A model generated the notes under the pieces. That model had not been told where the DNA came from, did not search any database, and saw nothing but the letters and a program-made list of their open reading frames with translations. 32,000 nt of DNA from Candidatus Electronema aureum (GTDB lineage: Bacteria; Desulfobacterota; Desulfobulbia; Desulfobulbales; Desulfobulbaceae): assembly GCA_004284765.1 (NCBI GenBank), contig NQJD01000021.1, forward strand, positions 1 to 32,000, in the 5' to 3' direction. The stretch's first letter is position 1; the number at the start of each line of letters is the position of its first letter. The position numbers and the translations under genes are program-made. Positions 17,361 through 26,360 of this stretch are shown here, one piece after another.

Positions 17361-17402
17361 GGGGGAAAAGAAAAAGGAGCTAACTTGCATGAAGTTAACT
17401 CC
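17361..17402 (-). terminator. Rho-independent terminator downstream of tRNA-Arg
   Basis: On the minus strand, GGAGUUAACUU-CAUGC-AAGUUAGCUCC forms an 11-bp stem with one G-U pair (17376-17402). It is followed by UUUUUCUUUUCCCCC. Confidence 0.65.
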
Positions 17403-17415
17403 TTGAATATTTACT

Positions 17416-17492
17416 TGGTGCACTTGGCAGGATTTGAACCTGCTACCCCCGGATTCGTAGTCCGATGCTCTATCCAGATGAGCTACAAGTGC
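17416..17492 (-). tRNA. tRNA-Arg (anticodon ACG), CCA encoded
   Basis: The 77-nt sequence was folded by hand. Acceptor stem GCACTTG/CAAGTGC, D-arm GCTC..GAGC, anticodon stem TCGGA/TCCGG with loop CTACGAA (ACG), T-arm GCAGG-TTCAAAT-CCTGC, discriminator A, then CCA. Confidence 0.92.
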
Positions 17493-17695
17493 AATGAAGG
17501 TACTATTTAGCAGAAATTTGCATTCTCCACAAGCTCTTTTTTTGCAAAAAAGGGTGCCTCCCGTAGCTCCAGTACATTTTCCTGAACAGATTCCGCTGCT
17601 CTTCTGTGCGAAATATTTGGGCAGTTTTTTTCTTTTGTGGTAAATTGCTTTGGCTGCGGGCCGCGACCGTTTCCCAATTCAAGAGGCAGAATCCT

Positions 17696-18508
17696 TTGCA
17701 GAACAACAAGATCACAGCTTGGGCCACACCCTTTTTCCATTTTGGCGACCAATGCCTTGCCTTGCTCTCTGACTTGGGCAGCATGGGCCTGTTTCTGCTG
17801 TCCGCTTTTGCGGGCCTGTTTCGACGGCCTTTTCGAGGCCGGGAAGTGCTACGGCAGCTGAGTTTCATCGGTGCTGGTTCGATGGCCGTCATATTCTTCA
17901 CCGCGCTCACTTCAGGCATGGTGCTGGGTTTGCAAGGTTCCTATACACTGAAGAAATTCGGGGCAGAGGGAATGCTGGGTTCAGCGGTTTCCTTGACCTT
18001 GATTATGGAGCTTGGCCCGATTCTGACCGCGCTGATGGTGGCGGGTAGAGCAGGTTCGGCTATGTGCGCCGAAATTGGCATTATGCGGATCAGTGAGCAG
18101 ATTGACGCGCTGGAGTGCATGGCGGTCGATCCTTTCCGCTACCTGATTTCTCCCAAGCTACTGGCGGCCATCATCTCTGTGCCGTTGCTCACCGCCATGT
18201 TTGATGTAGTGGGCATTTACGGTGGCTACTTAGCCGGAGTCAAGCTGATGGGTGCTAATTCTGGTTCCTATTTCAGCAGTATGATGCTCAGTATCACCAA
18301 TCACGAAATCCGCATCGGCGTGATCAAATCCTTTGTCTTTGCCCTGTTGGTAGTTTGGATCAGCAGTGGACGCGGCTATTTTGTTCATCGAATTCGTGGC
18401 GCGGGCTTTGGCGCGGAAAGCGTCAGCAAGGTAACAACCCAAGCCGTGGTGCTTTCCTCCATCGCTGTGCTTATTTTTGATTACTTACTGACAGCGGTGT
18501 TGTTGTAA
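17696..18508 (+). CDS. mlaE: Phospholipid/lipid-asymmetry ABC transporter permease MlaE
   Basis: Collinear with E. coli MlaE (..VLRQL..GMVLGLQG..ELGPILTALMVAGRAGSAMCAEIGIMRISEQIDALECMAVDP..). The preferred start is TTG at 17696, preceded by AAGAGG at 8-nt spacing, which gives 270 aa. The ORF-track ATG at 17606 would add 30 non-conserved residues. Confidence 0.85.
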   Translation: MQNNKITAWATPFFHFGDQCLALLSDLGSMGLFLLSAFAGLFRRPFRGREVLRQLSFIGAGSMAVIFFTALTSGMVLGLQGSYTLKKFGAEGMLGSAVSLTLIMELGPILTALMVAGRAGSAMCAEIGIMRISEQIDALECMAVDPFRYLISPKLLAAIISVPLLTAMFDVVGIYGGYLAGVKLMGANSGSYFSSMMLSITNHEIRIGVIKSFVFALLVVWISSGRGYFVHRIRGAGFGAESVSKVTTQAVVLSSIAVLIFDYLLTAVLL

Positions 18509-19299
18509 TGGAGGCAGAAATGACGTATAGTGCAGCCGCTGCCGAGCAAAATGCGATAGAATTTGTCCGGGTAAGTAAGACCTTTTATGCTGAACAAGGC
18601 CGTCAGCATCGGGTGCTGAACGATGTTAGCTGGGGTATTCCCAAGGGAAAAACTACGGTCATTGCAGGCGGCAGCGGTCAAGGCAAGAGCGTGACCCTGA
18701 AGCTGATTCTTGGTTTGCTCAAGCCGGACAGCGGTCAAATACTGGTTGACGGGCAAGATGTAGCCCGCATGGGACAAAGTCAACTTCGGCAACTGCGCAC
18801 TAAGTTCGGTGTGCTCTTTCAAGGGGCCGCACTCTTCGATTCGTTGACTGTGTTTGAGAACATCGCTTTGCCGCTCCGTGAGCGCACCAAGCTGAAGGAG
18901 GCGGAAATTCGCCAAAAGGTCATGGCCACCTTGGAGACCTTGGAGTTAGCCGGGCATGAGGAAAAATTTCCTGCCCAATTGAGCGGCGGCATGAAAAAGC
19001 GAGTCGGCTTGGCCCGCGCCCTCCAGTTAGAGCCGGAAATTGTTCTCTTTGACGAGCCAACCACTGGATTAGACCCGCTGATGACCTTGGAAATCTACCG
19101 CCTCTTTGAGCGGATGCAGAAACAGCTCGGCTACACAGCGGTAATCGTCAGTCATGACATTCCCAAAGTTTTCGAGCTGGCAGACCGGATTGTCCTCATC
19201 AATAAAGGTGAGGCTGATGTGTTTGCTGAAGCCAGCCAGATCATCAACTCGGACAAACCGCATATTCGCGAATTTGCCGAAAAGACTATGGGTATCTAA
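18508..19299 (+). CDS. mlaF: ABC transporter ATP-binding protein MlaF
   Basis: Walker A GGSGQGKS, Q-loop, ABC signature LSGGMKKRVGLARAL, Walker B IVLFDEPTTGLD, and H-loop VSHD. The start overlaps the mlaE stop (TAATG). Confidence 0.9.
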   Translation: MEAEMTYSAAAAEQNAIEFVRVSKTFYAEQGRQHRVLNDVSWGIPKGKTTVIAGGSGQGKSVTLKLILGLLKPDSGQILVDGQDVARMGQSQLRQLRTKFGVLFQGAALFDSLTVFENIALPLRERTKLKEAEIRQKVMATLETLELAGHEEKFPAQLSGGMKKRVGLARALQLEPEIVLFDEPTTGLDPLMTLEIYRLFERMQKQLGYTAVIVSHDIPKVFELADRIVLINKGEADVFAEASQIINSDKPHIREFAEKTMGI

Positions 19300-19329
19300 T
19301 TCCTGCTGCTTAAACAGGAGCATCATTCT

Positions 19330-19782
19330 ATGAACACTAATTCCCATGTGGAAATCGCGGTCGGCCTCTTTCTCGTGCTGGGCTTGGTCGCCTTTGGTTG
19401 GTTGGCACTGCGGCTGGGCGAGGTTTCTTGGTTGACCGGCGGCAGTACTTATACCTTATACGCAGAATTCGAGAACATTTCCGGGATCAAGACCGGATCG
19501 GAAGTACAAATCGCGGGCGTATCTGTAGGTTCAGTGGCCGAGTTGCACTTGAATGAAGATGGCAAGGCTATAGCTACCTTCAAACTGAACAAGGGCATAC
19601 AAATTCCCAAGGATTCCATTGCCTCGGTTAAATCTCAAGGCATCATCGGCGACAAATTCATTCGCATCATGCCCGGCGGTGACGAGACTAATTATCAGTC
19701 CGGCGAGATCATTGCCGACACTGAATCCTCATTAGACATCGAATCGCTGATTTCCAAATTTGCCCTTGGCGGCGTGAAATAA
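19330..19782 (+). CDS. mlaD: MCE-domain periplasmic substrate-binding component MlaD
   Basis: 150 aa. N-terminal TM segment (VEIAVGLFLVLGLVAFGWLAL), then the MCE-fold signature (Y.L.A.F.N..G...GS.V.IAGV.VG.V). Its operon position after mlaEF fits. Confidence 0.85.
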   Translation: MNTNSHVEIAVGLFLVLGLVAFGWLALRLGEVSWLTGGSTYTLYAEFENISGIKTGSEVQIAGVSVGSVAELHLNEDGKAIATFKLNKGIQIPKDSIASVKSQGIIGDKFIRIMPGGDETNYQSGEIIADTESSLDIESLISKFALGGVK

Positions 19783-19794
19783 TTTCAGCACATC

Positions 19795-20562
19795 ATGAAG
19801 ACTTATTTGCGCGTTGTGCTGTTGCTCTGTCTTGCTTTGTGTGGCAATACGGCGCAAGCAACGGAAAGCAGCGGTGAGACGAGTGTCTTAGACGATTCGT
19901 TTTACGAGTCCACGCCAAACGAAGATACCGTGCCTGATCCTTTTGAGCATTTCAACCGGCTGATGTTTGAAGTGAACGATGTCACGTACACGTGGGTGAT
20001 GGAGCCGGTGGCTTCAGTCTACAGCAGAACGCTGCCAGAGGATATTCGGCAGGTAGCTGATAACTTTTGCTATAACTTGCAAGAACCAGTCCGTTTTATC
20101 AACGCTTTGCTTCAGCTTCGCTTTTCTGACGCAGGCATAGTGCTGACACGCTTCGCAGTCAACACCATCGGCGGCGTGGGTGGTCTCGGCGATGTTGCAG
20201 GCACCGAATTTGGCTTCAAGCGAGTAGAGGCTGGTCTCGGTGAGACGCTGGAATACTGGGGTGTGGGCGACGGCTTCTATTTAGTCATGCCCGTTCTTGG
20301 CGCAACTACCCTGCGTGAATTCGCTGGCACCACCGTTGATGGTCTATCTATGACTCCGTATTATTTTTTCGCCGATAGCTGGCGGGAAGGCGCGGCTATT
20401 TATATGGGCAGAAGGGTGAATAACCTCTCTCTGCGGCTCGGCGAATACGAAGGTCTGAAGCAGCTGACCATTGATCCCTATGCCGCCCTGCGCGATGGCT
20501 ATTTTCAGAGCCGCGCTCAATCGCGGAAGCATTCCGCGCCTAGGACGGACGATAAACTGTAA
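19795..20562 (+). CDS. mlaA: MlaA/VacJ family outer-membrane lipoprotein
   Basis: Signal peptide with a Cys-containing end (LLLCLALCGN). VacJ motifs DPFEHFNRLMFEVN, N.LQ.P..F.N..LQ, and R...NT..G.GG..D. Confidence 0.8.
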   Translation: MKTYLRVVLLLCLALCGNTAQATESSGETSVLDDSFYESTPNEDTVPDPFEHFNRLMFEVNDVTYTWVMEPVASVYSRTLPEDIRQVADNFCYNLQEPVRFINALLQLRFSDAGIVLTRFAVNTIGGVGGLGDVAGTEFGFKRVEAGLGETLEYWGVGDGFYLVMPVLGATTLREFAGTTVDGLSMTPYYFFADSWREGAAIYMGRRVNNLSLRLGEYEGLKQLTIDPYAALRDGYFQSRAQSRKHSAPRTDDKL

Positions 20563-20576
20563 TAACGAGGTAAATA

Positions 20577-21191
20577 ATGAAAACAGTTTTACACAGCCTA
20601 CTGATTTTAGTTGTACTTTCTTTTGCTGGAACAGGACGGGCTGCTACGCCGAATCCTACCGAGCAAATCAAACCCTTTGTCAGCAAGGTCGTGGATCAGC
20701 TAAAAGACCCATCCTTTAAAAAGGACACTGTTGACAATCGGATAGATAAGATTGTGACATTGGTCTCTGAGCGTTTTGACTTTGAGGAAATGTCTAAACG
20801 GGTCGTGGGCAAACCTTGGCAGCGACTGACTCTGGCCCAGCGACAAGAATTCGCCACCCTCTTTGCTAAGTTGCTCGGTCATGTCTATATTGACAAGGTT
20901 GATACCTATGTAGCGATGAAGATTGAGTTTGGCAAAGAGCAGCTCAAGGGCGACCGGGCCGAAGTCAAAACCATGTTTGTTGATGCGACCAAGAGCATTC
21001 CAGTCTCTTACGTTATGATCCTAAAAGGCGACAAATGGATGGCCTATGATGTCTTTGTTGAAGGCATCAGCTTGGTGCGCAACTACATGGAGCAATTCAA
21101 AGGCATTCAGCAGGATAAACTGATTTCCACGCTGGAAATCAAGCTACAAGAGCTGAAGGCAGAAAGCGAACGTAAAGGCGCAACGCCCTGA
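20577..21191 (+). CDS. mlaC: MlaC / Ttg2D periplasmic lipid-binding protein
   Basis: Signal peptide MKTVLHSLLILVVLSFAGTGRA|A. Toluene-tolerance Ttg2D-like features are present (FDFEEMSKRVVGKPWQRLTLAQRQEF..F..LL...Y). It is the last gene of the mla operon. Confidence 0.8.
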   Translation: MKTVLHSLLILVVLSFAGTGRAATPNPTEQIKPFVSKVVDQLKDPSFKKDTVDNRIDKIVTLVSERFDFEEMSKRVVGKPWQRLTLAQRQEFATLFAKLLGHVYIDKVDTYVAMKIEFGKEQLKGDRAEVKTMFVDATKSIPVSYVMILKGDKWMAYDVFVEGISLVRNYMEQFKGIQQDKLISTLEIKLQELKAESERKGATP

Positions 21192-21203
21192 CAATGAACA
21201 ATG

Positions 21204-21231
21204 CCGCCGGAGTAATTCGTTTCTCCGGCGG
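21204..21231. terminator. Bidirectional hairpin terminator between mlaC and yhbY
   Basis: CCGCCGGAG-(10 nt)-CTCCGGCGG is a perfect 9-bp GC-rich stem in the 48-bp gap between the convergent genes. A moderately U-rich tract follows on the minus strand. Confidence 0.5.
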
Positions 21232-21239
21232 TCATCGTG

Positions 21240-21578
21240 TTATTCAGCAGGCAGATTGATGCGCTGCTCTGATTTCAGCTTTTTATTTGGCAAATAGAGC
21301 AAGATGGTTCTGCCGATTAGTTGCACCACAGCTGCACCGGTCTGAACGGACAGAGCAGTAGCAGCCTCTTCGGCAGAGGTGCCACAGTTTTGGCCTATTT
21401 TTACTTTGATCAGCTCGCGGGTCTTGAGAGCATCGCGGGTTGCGGCGGCTATACTGTCGGAGAGACCCTCCTTGCCCAGATAGACCACTGGAGTGAGATG
21501 GTGTCCTATACCGCGCAGAAATCTTTTCTGTTTTCCCAGCAGATTGACTTTGCTTTTTCCCTCGGTTTCCAATTTCAT
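21240..21578 (-). CDS. yhbY: YhbY/CRM-domain RNA-binding (ribosome assembly) protein
   Basis: LLGKQKRFLRGIGHHLTPVVYLGKEGLSDSIAAATRDALKTRELIKVKI...IGRTILLY matches the YhbY CRM domain. The start was set at the internal Met (MKLETEG...) at 21578. The ORF-track start at 21662 adds 28 non-conserved residues. Confidence 0.8.
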   Translation of the reverse strand: MKLETEGKSKVNLLGKQKRFLRGIGHHLTPVVYLGKEGLSDSIAAATRDALKTRELIKVKIGQNCGTSAEEAATALSVQTGAAVVQLIGRTILLYLPNKKLKSEQRINLPAE

Positions 21579-21703
21579 AATTCCTGAGATGCTGTTATGC
21601 TGAAGAGGTGCGAAGAGCCGCAGCGTTCTGCGGCAGGCTATTAGTGCCATACCCCGGAGCAAAAGTCCAGCCCTGAACAGGAAACATCAAGGTTTTTCTA
21701 ACG

Positions 21704-22156
21704 ATGAAAGCAGAGAGAATACAACGGGCCGCCGATATACGCGGCTTCACCCTGATTGAGCTGATGGTGGTGATCGTGATCCTCGGCATTTTGGCCGGCA
21801 TGATCGTACCAAGAATTATGGACCGGCCTGAAGAGGCACGGCGAACCAAGGCAGGAGTCGATATTGGTGCCATAGGGCAGGCTCTGAAGCTGTACAAATT
21901 AGATAACGGTAAATATCCCACGAGCGAGCAGGGCTTGACCGCCTTGGTTGAGCCGCCCGCTGTGGGCAGCTTGGCGAAAAAATGGCGAGAGGGCGGCTAT
22001 TTGGATAAAAAAACTGTGCCGAAAGACCCTTGGGACAACGATTACGTCTATATCAGCCCAGGAATGCACGGTGATTTTGATCTAATGTCCTATGGTGCAG
22101 ACGGCCAATCCGGCGGTGACGGCGATAATGTGGATATCAACAGCTGGGAGCAGTGA
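21704..22156 (+). CDS. gspG: Type II secretion major pseudopilin GspG
   Basis: Prepilin leader ending in G|[22 protein letters not shown]. Then the GspG core (A..DI..I..AL..Y.LDNG.YPT.EQGL.AL...P..DPWDN.Y.Y.SPG.HG.FDL.SYGADG..GG.G.N.DI.SW). Confidence 0.93.
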   Translation: MKAERIQRAADIRGFTLIELMVVIVILGILAGMIVPRIMDRPEEARRTKAGVDIGAIGQALKLYKLDNGKYPTSEQGLTALVEPPAVGSLAKKWREGGYLDKKTVPKDPWDNDYVYISPGMHGDFDLMSYGADGQSGGDGDNVDINSWEQ

Positions 22157-22664
22157 GGTCAGCGATCAGGGCTTTACCTTGATTGAGCTGATCGTCGTGA
22201 TGGTGCTGATCAGTCTGACCGCTTCCTTTGCTATTCCGCAGATTCGTTCAACTTTATTCACCAACGAGCTAACTTCGGCAGTGCGTCGTTTTGTCGGCTT
22301 AGTGGCAGAAACCGGCCAAGAGGCCCGACTGAAGCGATCAGCAGTGGTTCTTCGCTACGACGACAGCAAGCGGCTGTTCACTGCCGCACCTGCTGAAGAG
22401 GACGATAGCAATGAAAAAAAATTCCAAGAAATACGATTGGCTGACTCAGTACAGGTGACAAGCATTGTTGCTGCCCACAGCGAAAGCAGCACCGACCTTA
22501 ATATCCGTTTCGATTCCCGTGGCTATGTGGATAAAACAGCAGTGCATTTCCGCCATGAAAACGGGGAAGAACTGACAGTGCTGCTGTCTCCTTTTCTTGG
22601 CGTGACCAGAATTCTTGACGGCCATGTTTCGTTGGATGATGACCGCATCATGCTGAATCAATGA
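22128..22664 (+). CDS. gspH: Type II secretion minor pseudopilin GspH-like
   Basis: Prepilin-type N-terminus (SDQG|[22 protein letters not shown]). Size and position after gspG fit. The start is uncertain: ATG at 22128 gives a 13-residue leader, and the ORF overlaps the gspG 3' end. Confidence 0.7.
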   Translation: MWISTAGSSEVSDQGFTLIELIVVMVLISLTASFAIPQIRSTLFTNELTSAVRRFVGLVAETGQEARLKRSAVVLRYDDSKRLFTAAPAEEDDSNEKKFQEIRLADSVQVTSIVAAHSESSTDLNIRFDSRGYVDKTAVHFRHENGEELTVLLSPFLGVTRILDGHVSLDDDRIMLNQ

Positions 22665-23077
22665 CTGATAGCAAGAGCAAGGAAGCTGCCTTCACCCTGC
22701 TGGAAGTGATGGTGGCGGTGGCGGTGATTGCCATGTCTTTTGTTGCCCTGCTTTCTTCTCAGTCGCAAAGTCTTTCCATCGCTGCCATTTCCCGTTTTGA
22801 GACCTCAGCTGCACTCTTAGTCCGCCAAAAATTAGCCGAACTTGAGGCTGAGGGCTTTGACAGCTTAAGCAGCGACAGCGGCGAGTTTGTCGATGATTTT
22901 GCCGAGTACCACTGGCAGGCTGAGGTGAAGGAGCTGGCCGAGGATGAAATCGGCATCAAGGGTAGCGACGGGATACTGAAGCTCATCGAGCTGACGGTAG
23001 GCCGGGGCGAAAAGGAGACCTTCGAGGTACGCACTTTGGTCATGACCAAAATCGAGCCTGTCGAGAAGCAACCATGA
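22661..23077 (+). CDS. gspI: Type II secretion minor pseudopilin GspI-like
   Basis: N-terminus KEAA|FTLLEVMVAVAVIAMSFVALL. The 138-aa size and operon position fit. The start overlaps the gspH stop (ATGA). Confidence 0.7.
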   Translation: MTDSKSKEAAFTLLEVMVAVAVIAMSFVALLSSQSQSLSIAAISRFETSAALLVRQKLAELEAEGFDSLSSDSGEFVDDFAEYHWQAEVKELAEDEIGIKGSDGILKLIELTVGRGEKETFEVRTLVMTKIEPVEKQP

Positions 23078-23769
23078 GCTACCGTGCGCGGGCCGGATTT
23101 ACCTTATTGGAAATCATGTTGGCTATGCTGGTATTGGGCATGGTGGTGGCAATGGTATCTGTGTCTTTATCCGGCTCGATTAAGATAATTGAAGGTACGT
23201 TAGATCAGGGCGATGTGTATTATCGGGCGCAGGTTGCCTTTGAGCGAATCAGCGAAGACCTGACCTCAGCCCTGCTGCCAGAAGATGCGGATTTTATCAG
23301 CGACCAAGAAGCAGGCAGCAGCGGTCAGAACAGTGTCCTTTCCTTTGCTTCGATGACCCATTTAGTTTTTGACTCGAAAAATGGTCAGCCCGGTCTTGGT
23401 TTAATCAGCTATGCGGTGCAACCGGACAAGGACAATCCCAAGCACCTGCTTCTTCTGCGGGCTGACAGTCTGCATCGGCCTACAGACGGGGAGAAAAAAA
23501 GTGGTCAAGAAGTCGAAGCCTTTCTTCTTGCCGACCGACTGCGCTCGGTGAAATTTACTTTCCGTGACCAGAACGGCGAAGAGCAGGAAAGCTGGGACAC
23601 CACGGCTACCGAAGAAGACCCAACCAAAAAACGCCGTCTGCCTGCGGCGGTTTCCTGCCGTTTGGAGTTCTGGCTCGATGACGAGCAGGAGACCTCCATT
23701 TCGTTTCAGACCACGGTGCTGCTGCCGGTTGGTTTGATTCGCCCGGCGGAGCAAGACGATGCTGCGTGA
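23074..23769 (+). CDS. gspJ: Type II secretion minor pseudopilin GspJ-like
   Basis: N-terminus RAG|FTLLEIMLAMLVLGMVVAMV. 231 aa. The start overlaps the gspI stop (ATGA), and the operon position fits. Confidence 0.7.
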   Translation: MSYRARAGFTLLEIMLAMLVLGMVVAMVSVSLSGSIKIIEGTLDQGDVYYRAQVAFERISEDLTSALLPEDADFISDQEAGSSGQNSVLSFASMTHLVFDSKNGQPGLGLISYAVQPDKDNPKHLLLLRADSLHRPTDGEKKSGQEVEAFLLADRLRSVKFTFRDQNGEEQESWDTTATEEDPTKKRRLPAAVSCRLEFWLDDEQETSISFQTTVLLPVGLIRPAEQDDAA

Positions 23770-24805
23770 CCGCAAAGGCATGGCCTTGGTGCTGACCCTG
23801 CTGGCGGTCAGCTTTATGGTTGCCGTGACGGTGCAGCTCGGTAGCTCAGTGAACTGGCAGATGCAGGCAGCGGCGAATCAGGGCAATCTGGTGCAGTTAG
23901 ATGCTATGCTGCTTTCCGGTCTGCATGTAGCTCAGGCCGCGCTGCTGGCTGATCAGCGGGATAATCAGCACGACTCCGCCTTTGATCGCTGGGGTACCTT
24001 TGATGCTGAGGCCTTGGCCGCGCTTTTTCTCGGTGGGACGCTGGATATCCAAATCAGCGACGTATCTGGTTTGCTTCAAATCAACGCTTTGGTGCTGACC
24101 CCGGAAGAAAAAAAACAGCAGGAGCAGCAGAATAAAAAAAATAAGGGCGGGCAAAAGCAGGACAAGGAAAAAGCACGGCGGGAACTATGGCAGCGTTTGC
24201 TCAAAAATACCGCTGGACTGGAAAATGAAGAAGAAATTGCTTCGCTGCTCGACTGTTTATCCGACTGGATTGATAAGGACGAGGACGAGCGTGAGAACGG
24301 CGCGGAAAGCGGTTATTACAGCGGGCAGTCGCCTTCTTACGCTGCGGCGAATAGACCGATTATGCTGACGGATGAGCTGCTTTTGGTCAAAGGATGGCGA
24401 GGAAAAAGCGAAGAAGGAAACAAGCAAAAAACAGAAAACAACGTCGCTGTAGTGGTGGAATATCTCACCACTGCTGGGCGTGATGGTAAGATCAATCTGA
24501 ACACCGCTCCAGCTCCGGTGCTGCTGGCTTTCCACGAAGAAATGACCGATGAGCTGGCTGCTACGTTGATTGAATTCCGGCAGGACGAGGACAACAAAGA
24601 TAAATTAGGTCAGCCAGACTGGTACAAACAGGTGCCCGGTTTTCCCGGTGATATTGTCTTTGATCAGAATCTAATCACAGTCAGTAGCAGCTGGTTTAAA
24701 GTGACCGTGAATGCCGAGTTCAAAGGGCTGCGGCGCACGGGTCAGGGGCTTCTGCACCGCTTAGACAATCAAGAACAGGAGTTGCTTTGGTGGAAGGCAG
24801 AATGA
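23759..24805 (+). CDS. gspK: Type II secretion minor pseudopilin GspK-like
   Basis: Non-cleavable pseudopilin-like N-terminus RKGMALVLTLLAVSFMVAVTV. GspK features are present (DWIDKDEDERENGAESGYY, helix-hairpin-helix-like INLNTAPAPVLLAF). 348 aa, positioned after gspJ. Confidence 0.75.
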   Translation: MLRDRKGMALVLTLLAVSFMVAVTVQLGSSVNWQMQAAANQGNLVQLDAMLLSGLHVAQAALLADQRDNQHDSAFDRWGTFDAEALAALFLGGTLDIQISDVSGLLQINALVLTPEEKKQQEQQNKKNKGGQKQDKEKARRELWQRLLKNTAGLENEEEIASLLDCLSDWIDKDEDERENGAESGYYSGQSPSYAAANRPIMLTDELLLVKGWRGKSEEGNKQKTENNVAVVVEYLTTAGRDGKINLNTAPAPVLLAFHEEMTDELAATLIEFRQDEDNKDKLGQPDWYKQVPGFPGDIVFDQNLITVSSSWFKVTVNAEFKGLRRTGQGLLHRLDNQEQELLWWKAE

Positions 24806-24824
24806 CAGCACATCGCAAAGCGTC

Positions 24825-26360
24825 ATGGCGCAGACATCCTTAGGCATTGACATAGGCGACGACCTGCTCAGTGCAGTAGTGGTGAGCGGTACGGGCAGAG
24901 AAGCCCAAGTGACGGCCTGCGCCTCTCTGCCGCTGTCAGTCTCTGATCCTGACGCGCTGACCGAAGGACTTCGTCTGCTGCTGGAGCAGCTGGGTGAGCA
25001 GAGCAAAGCCGCCCACTGCGTTGTTGGGCTGTCGCTGACGTGGCTCAGTTTGCGCAATCTGCATTTGCCGTTCACAGATGAAAAGAAAATTTGGCAAATT
25101 CTGCCCTTTGAGCTGGAGGAGCAACTGCTTCTGCCTGCGGACGAGCAGATCATTGCCACGGTTTCCACAACGGGGCGAGAAGCTGGAACGTCCCTGCTGA
25201 CAGCGGCGGCAGAAAAAACTTTGCTGCGGCAGCACTTGGATGTATTCCAAGGTTTTAATCTGGAGCCGGATAGTATTTGTCCAGCGGTCTATGTGTTAGC
25301 TGACCGACTGTGCCGCACCGATCATGCGGGTAATACCTTCCTGCTCCTGCACAGTGATTTCAGCTGTGTACAAATGGTGTTGGCCCGACACGGTGAAATT
25401 GTATTCATGCGGCGGTTAGCTTGGCCGGATGTCGTCTTTACCCACGCCTTGTTTCAACAAGAGCAAGGCGGCATTACCATTGCTGACGCACTGGCAGCAG
25501 CAGATGCCTTCCGCAGTATCAGCGCGGCAGCACGGCGCAGTCTGGATTATTTCGCCTTGCAAAGTGGGCTGCAAAACATCCAGCCGGATTATTTTGTTTT
25601 GTCTGGCTCCATGCAGCATTGCCTTGGTTTTCGAGAAAATATCGAAGCTGATCTCGGTCTGTCCGGCAGGCTCTGTGATTTATTACGGGACGGTGCTGCT
25701 GCCTTGAGCAGCGAGATTACTGGGCAGTGGCAGGCAGCGGTTTACGACAAGGCATTGGCCTTAGCTCTGCTCACGGGCCGCCGAGGCAAAGAGGCTGGAT
25801 TAGATTTCCGTCAAGGTGAGTTTGCGCCTCCCCGCCATCTGTTTGGCTCAAAAAAACAAATCACGGCCTTGGCTATCGCAGCCGCCTTACTGCTGTTTGT
25901 CGGTTGTGGTTGGCTCTTTGCTGATTACCGTCAACTGCAAAAAAAATACAATCAGCTGGCAGGTAAGACAGAAAAGATTTTTCAGGAAAGTTTTCCCGGA
26001 GTCAATCCAGGGCCAGACCCATATCTGCATATGCGTTCGCGGCGGAAAAGCATGGAGACCTCGCCGGTGGCTATGCCTATTTTCACTGAGGAGAAACGGG
26101 TGCTGGCCATTTTAGCGGACATCTCGGCCCGGATACCTGCCTCTATTCAGCTTCAAGTGGATCGGTTGGTGATTGACCAGACTACAGCCAGCATCAAGGG
26201 ATCAACCGATGCGTTCAATAATGTGAACACCATGCAGAGTCTGCTCAATAAATCGGGCCGTTATGCTGAGGTGAAAATCGTTTCTGCCACCAAAGGCAAG
26301 AAAGACGAGGGCATTTTGTTCGAGATCAGACTCCAGCTGAAGACGGGGGCCGAATCCTGA
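24825..26360 (+). CDS. gspL: GspL-like assembly-platform protein (PilM-like actin-fold domain + TM + periplasmic domain)
   Basis: 511 aa. PilM/GspL-like N-terminus SLGIDIGDDLLSAVVV. A single TM segment lies at ITALAIAAALLLFVGCGWLFA, followed by a periplasmic C-terminal domain. It sits between gspK and gspM. Confidence 0.65.
   Translation: MAQTSLGIDIGDDLLSAVVVSGTGREAQVTACASLPLSVSDPDALTEGLRLLLEQLGEQSKAAHCVVGLSLTWLSLRNLHLPFTDEKKIWQILPFELEEQLLLPADEQIIATVSTTGREAGTSLLTAAAEKTLLRQHLDVFQGFNLEPDSICPAVYVLADRLCRTDHAGNTFLLLHSDFSCVQMVLARHGEIVFMRRLAWPDVVFTHALFQQEQGGITIADALAAADAFRSISAAARRSLDYFALQSGLQNIQPDYFVLSGSMQHCLGFRENIEADLGLSGRLCDLLRDGAAALSSEITGQWQAAVYDKALALALLTGRRGKEAGLDFRQGEFAPPRHLFGSKKQITALAIAAALLLFVGCGWLFADYRQLQKKYNQLAGKTEKIFQESFPGVNPGPDPYLHMRSRRKSMETSPVAMPIFTEEKRVLAILADISARIPASIQLQVDRLVIDQTTASIKGSTDAFNNVNTMQSLLNKSGRYAEVKIVSATKGKKDEGILFEIRLQLKTGAES

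Noticed and set aside
9100-17415. Possible tRNA-Arg-associated genomic island bounded by an att-type direct repeat
   Set aside because: Reading by eye, I found no copy of the tRNA 3' half (for example GGATTTGAACCTGC) elsewhere in the window. Only trivial 6-7-mers are shared. No integrase gene is present. The idea is kept only as a compositional observation.
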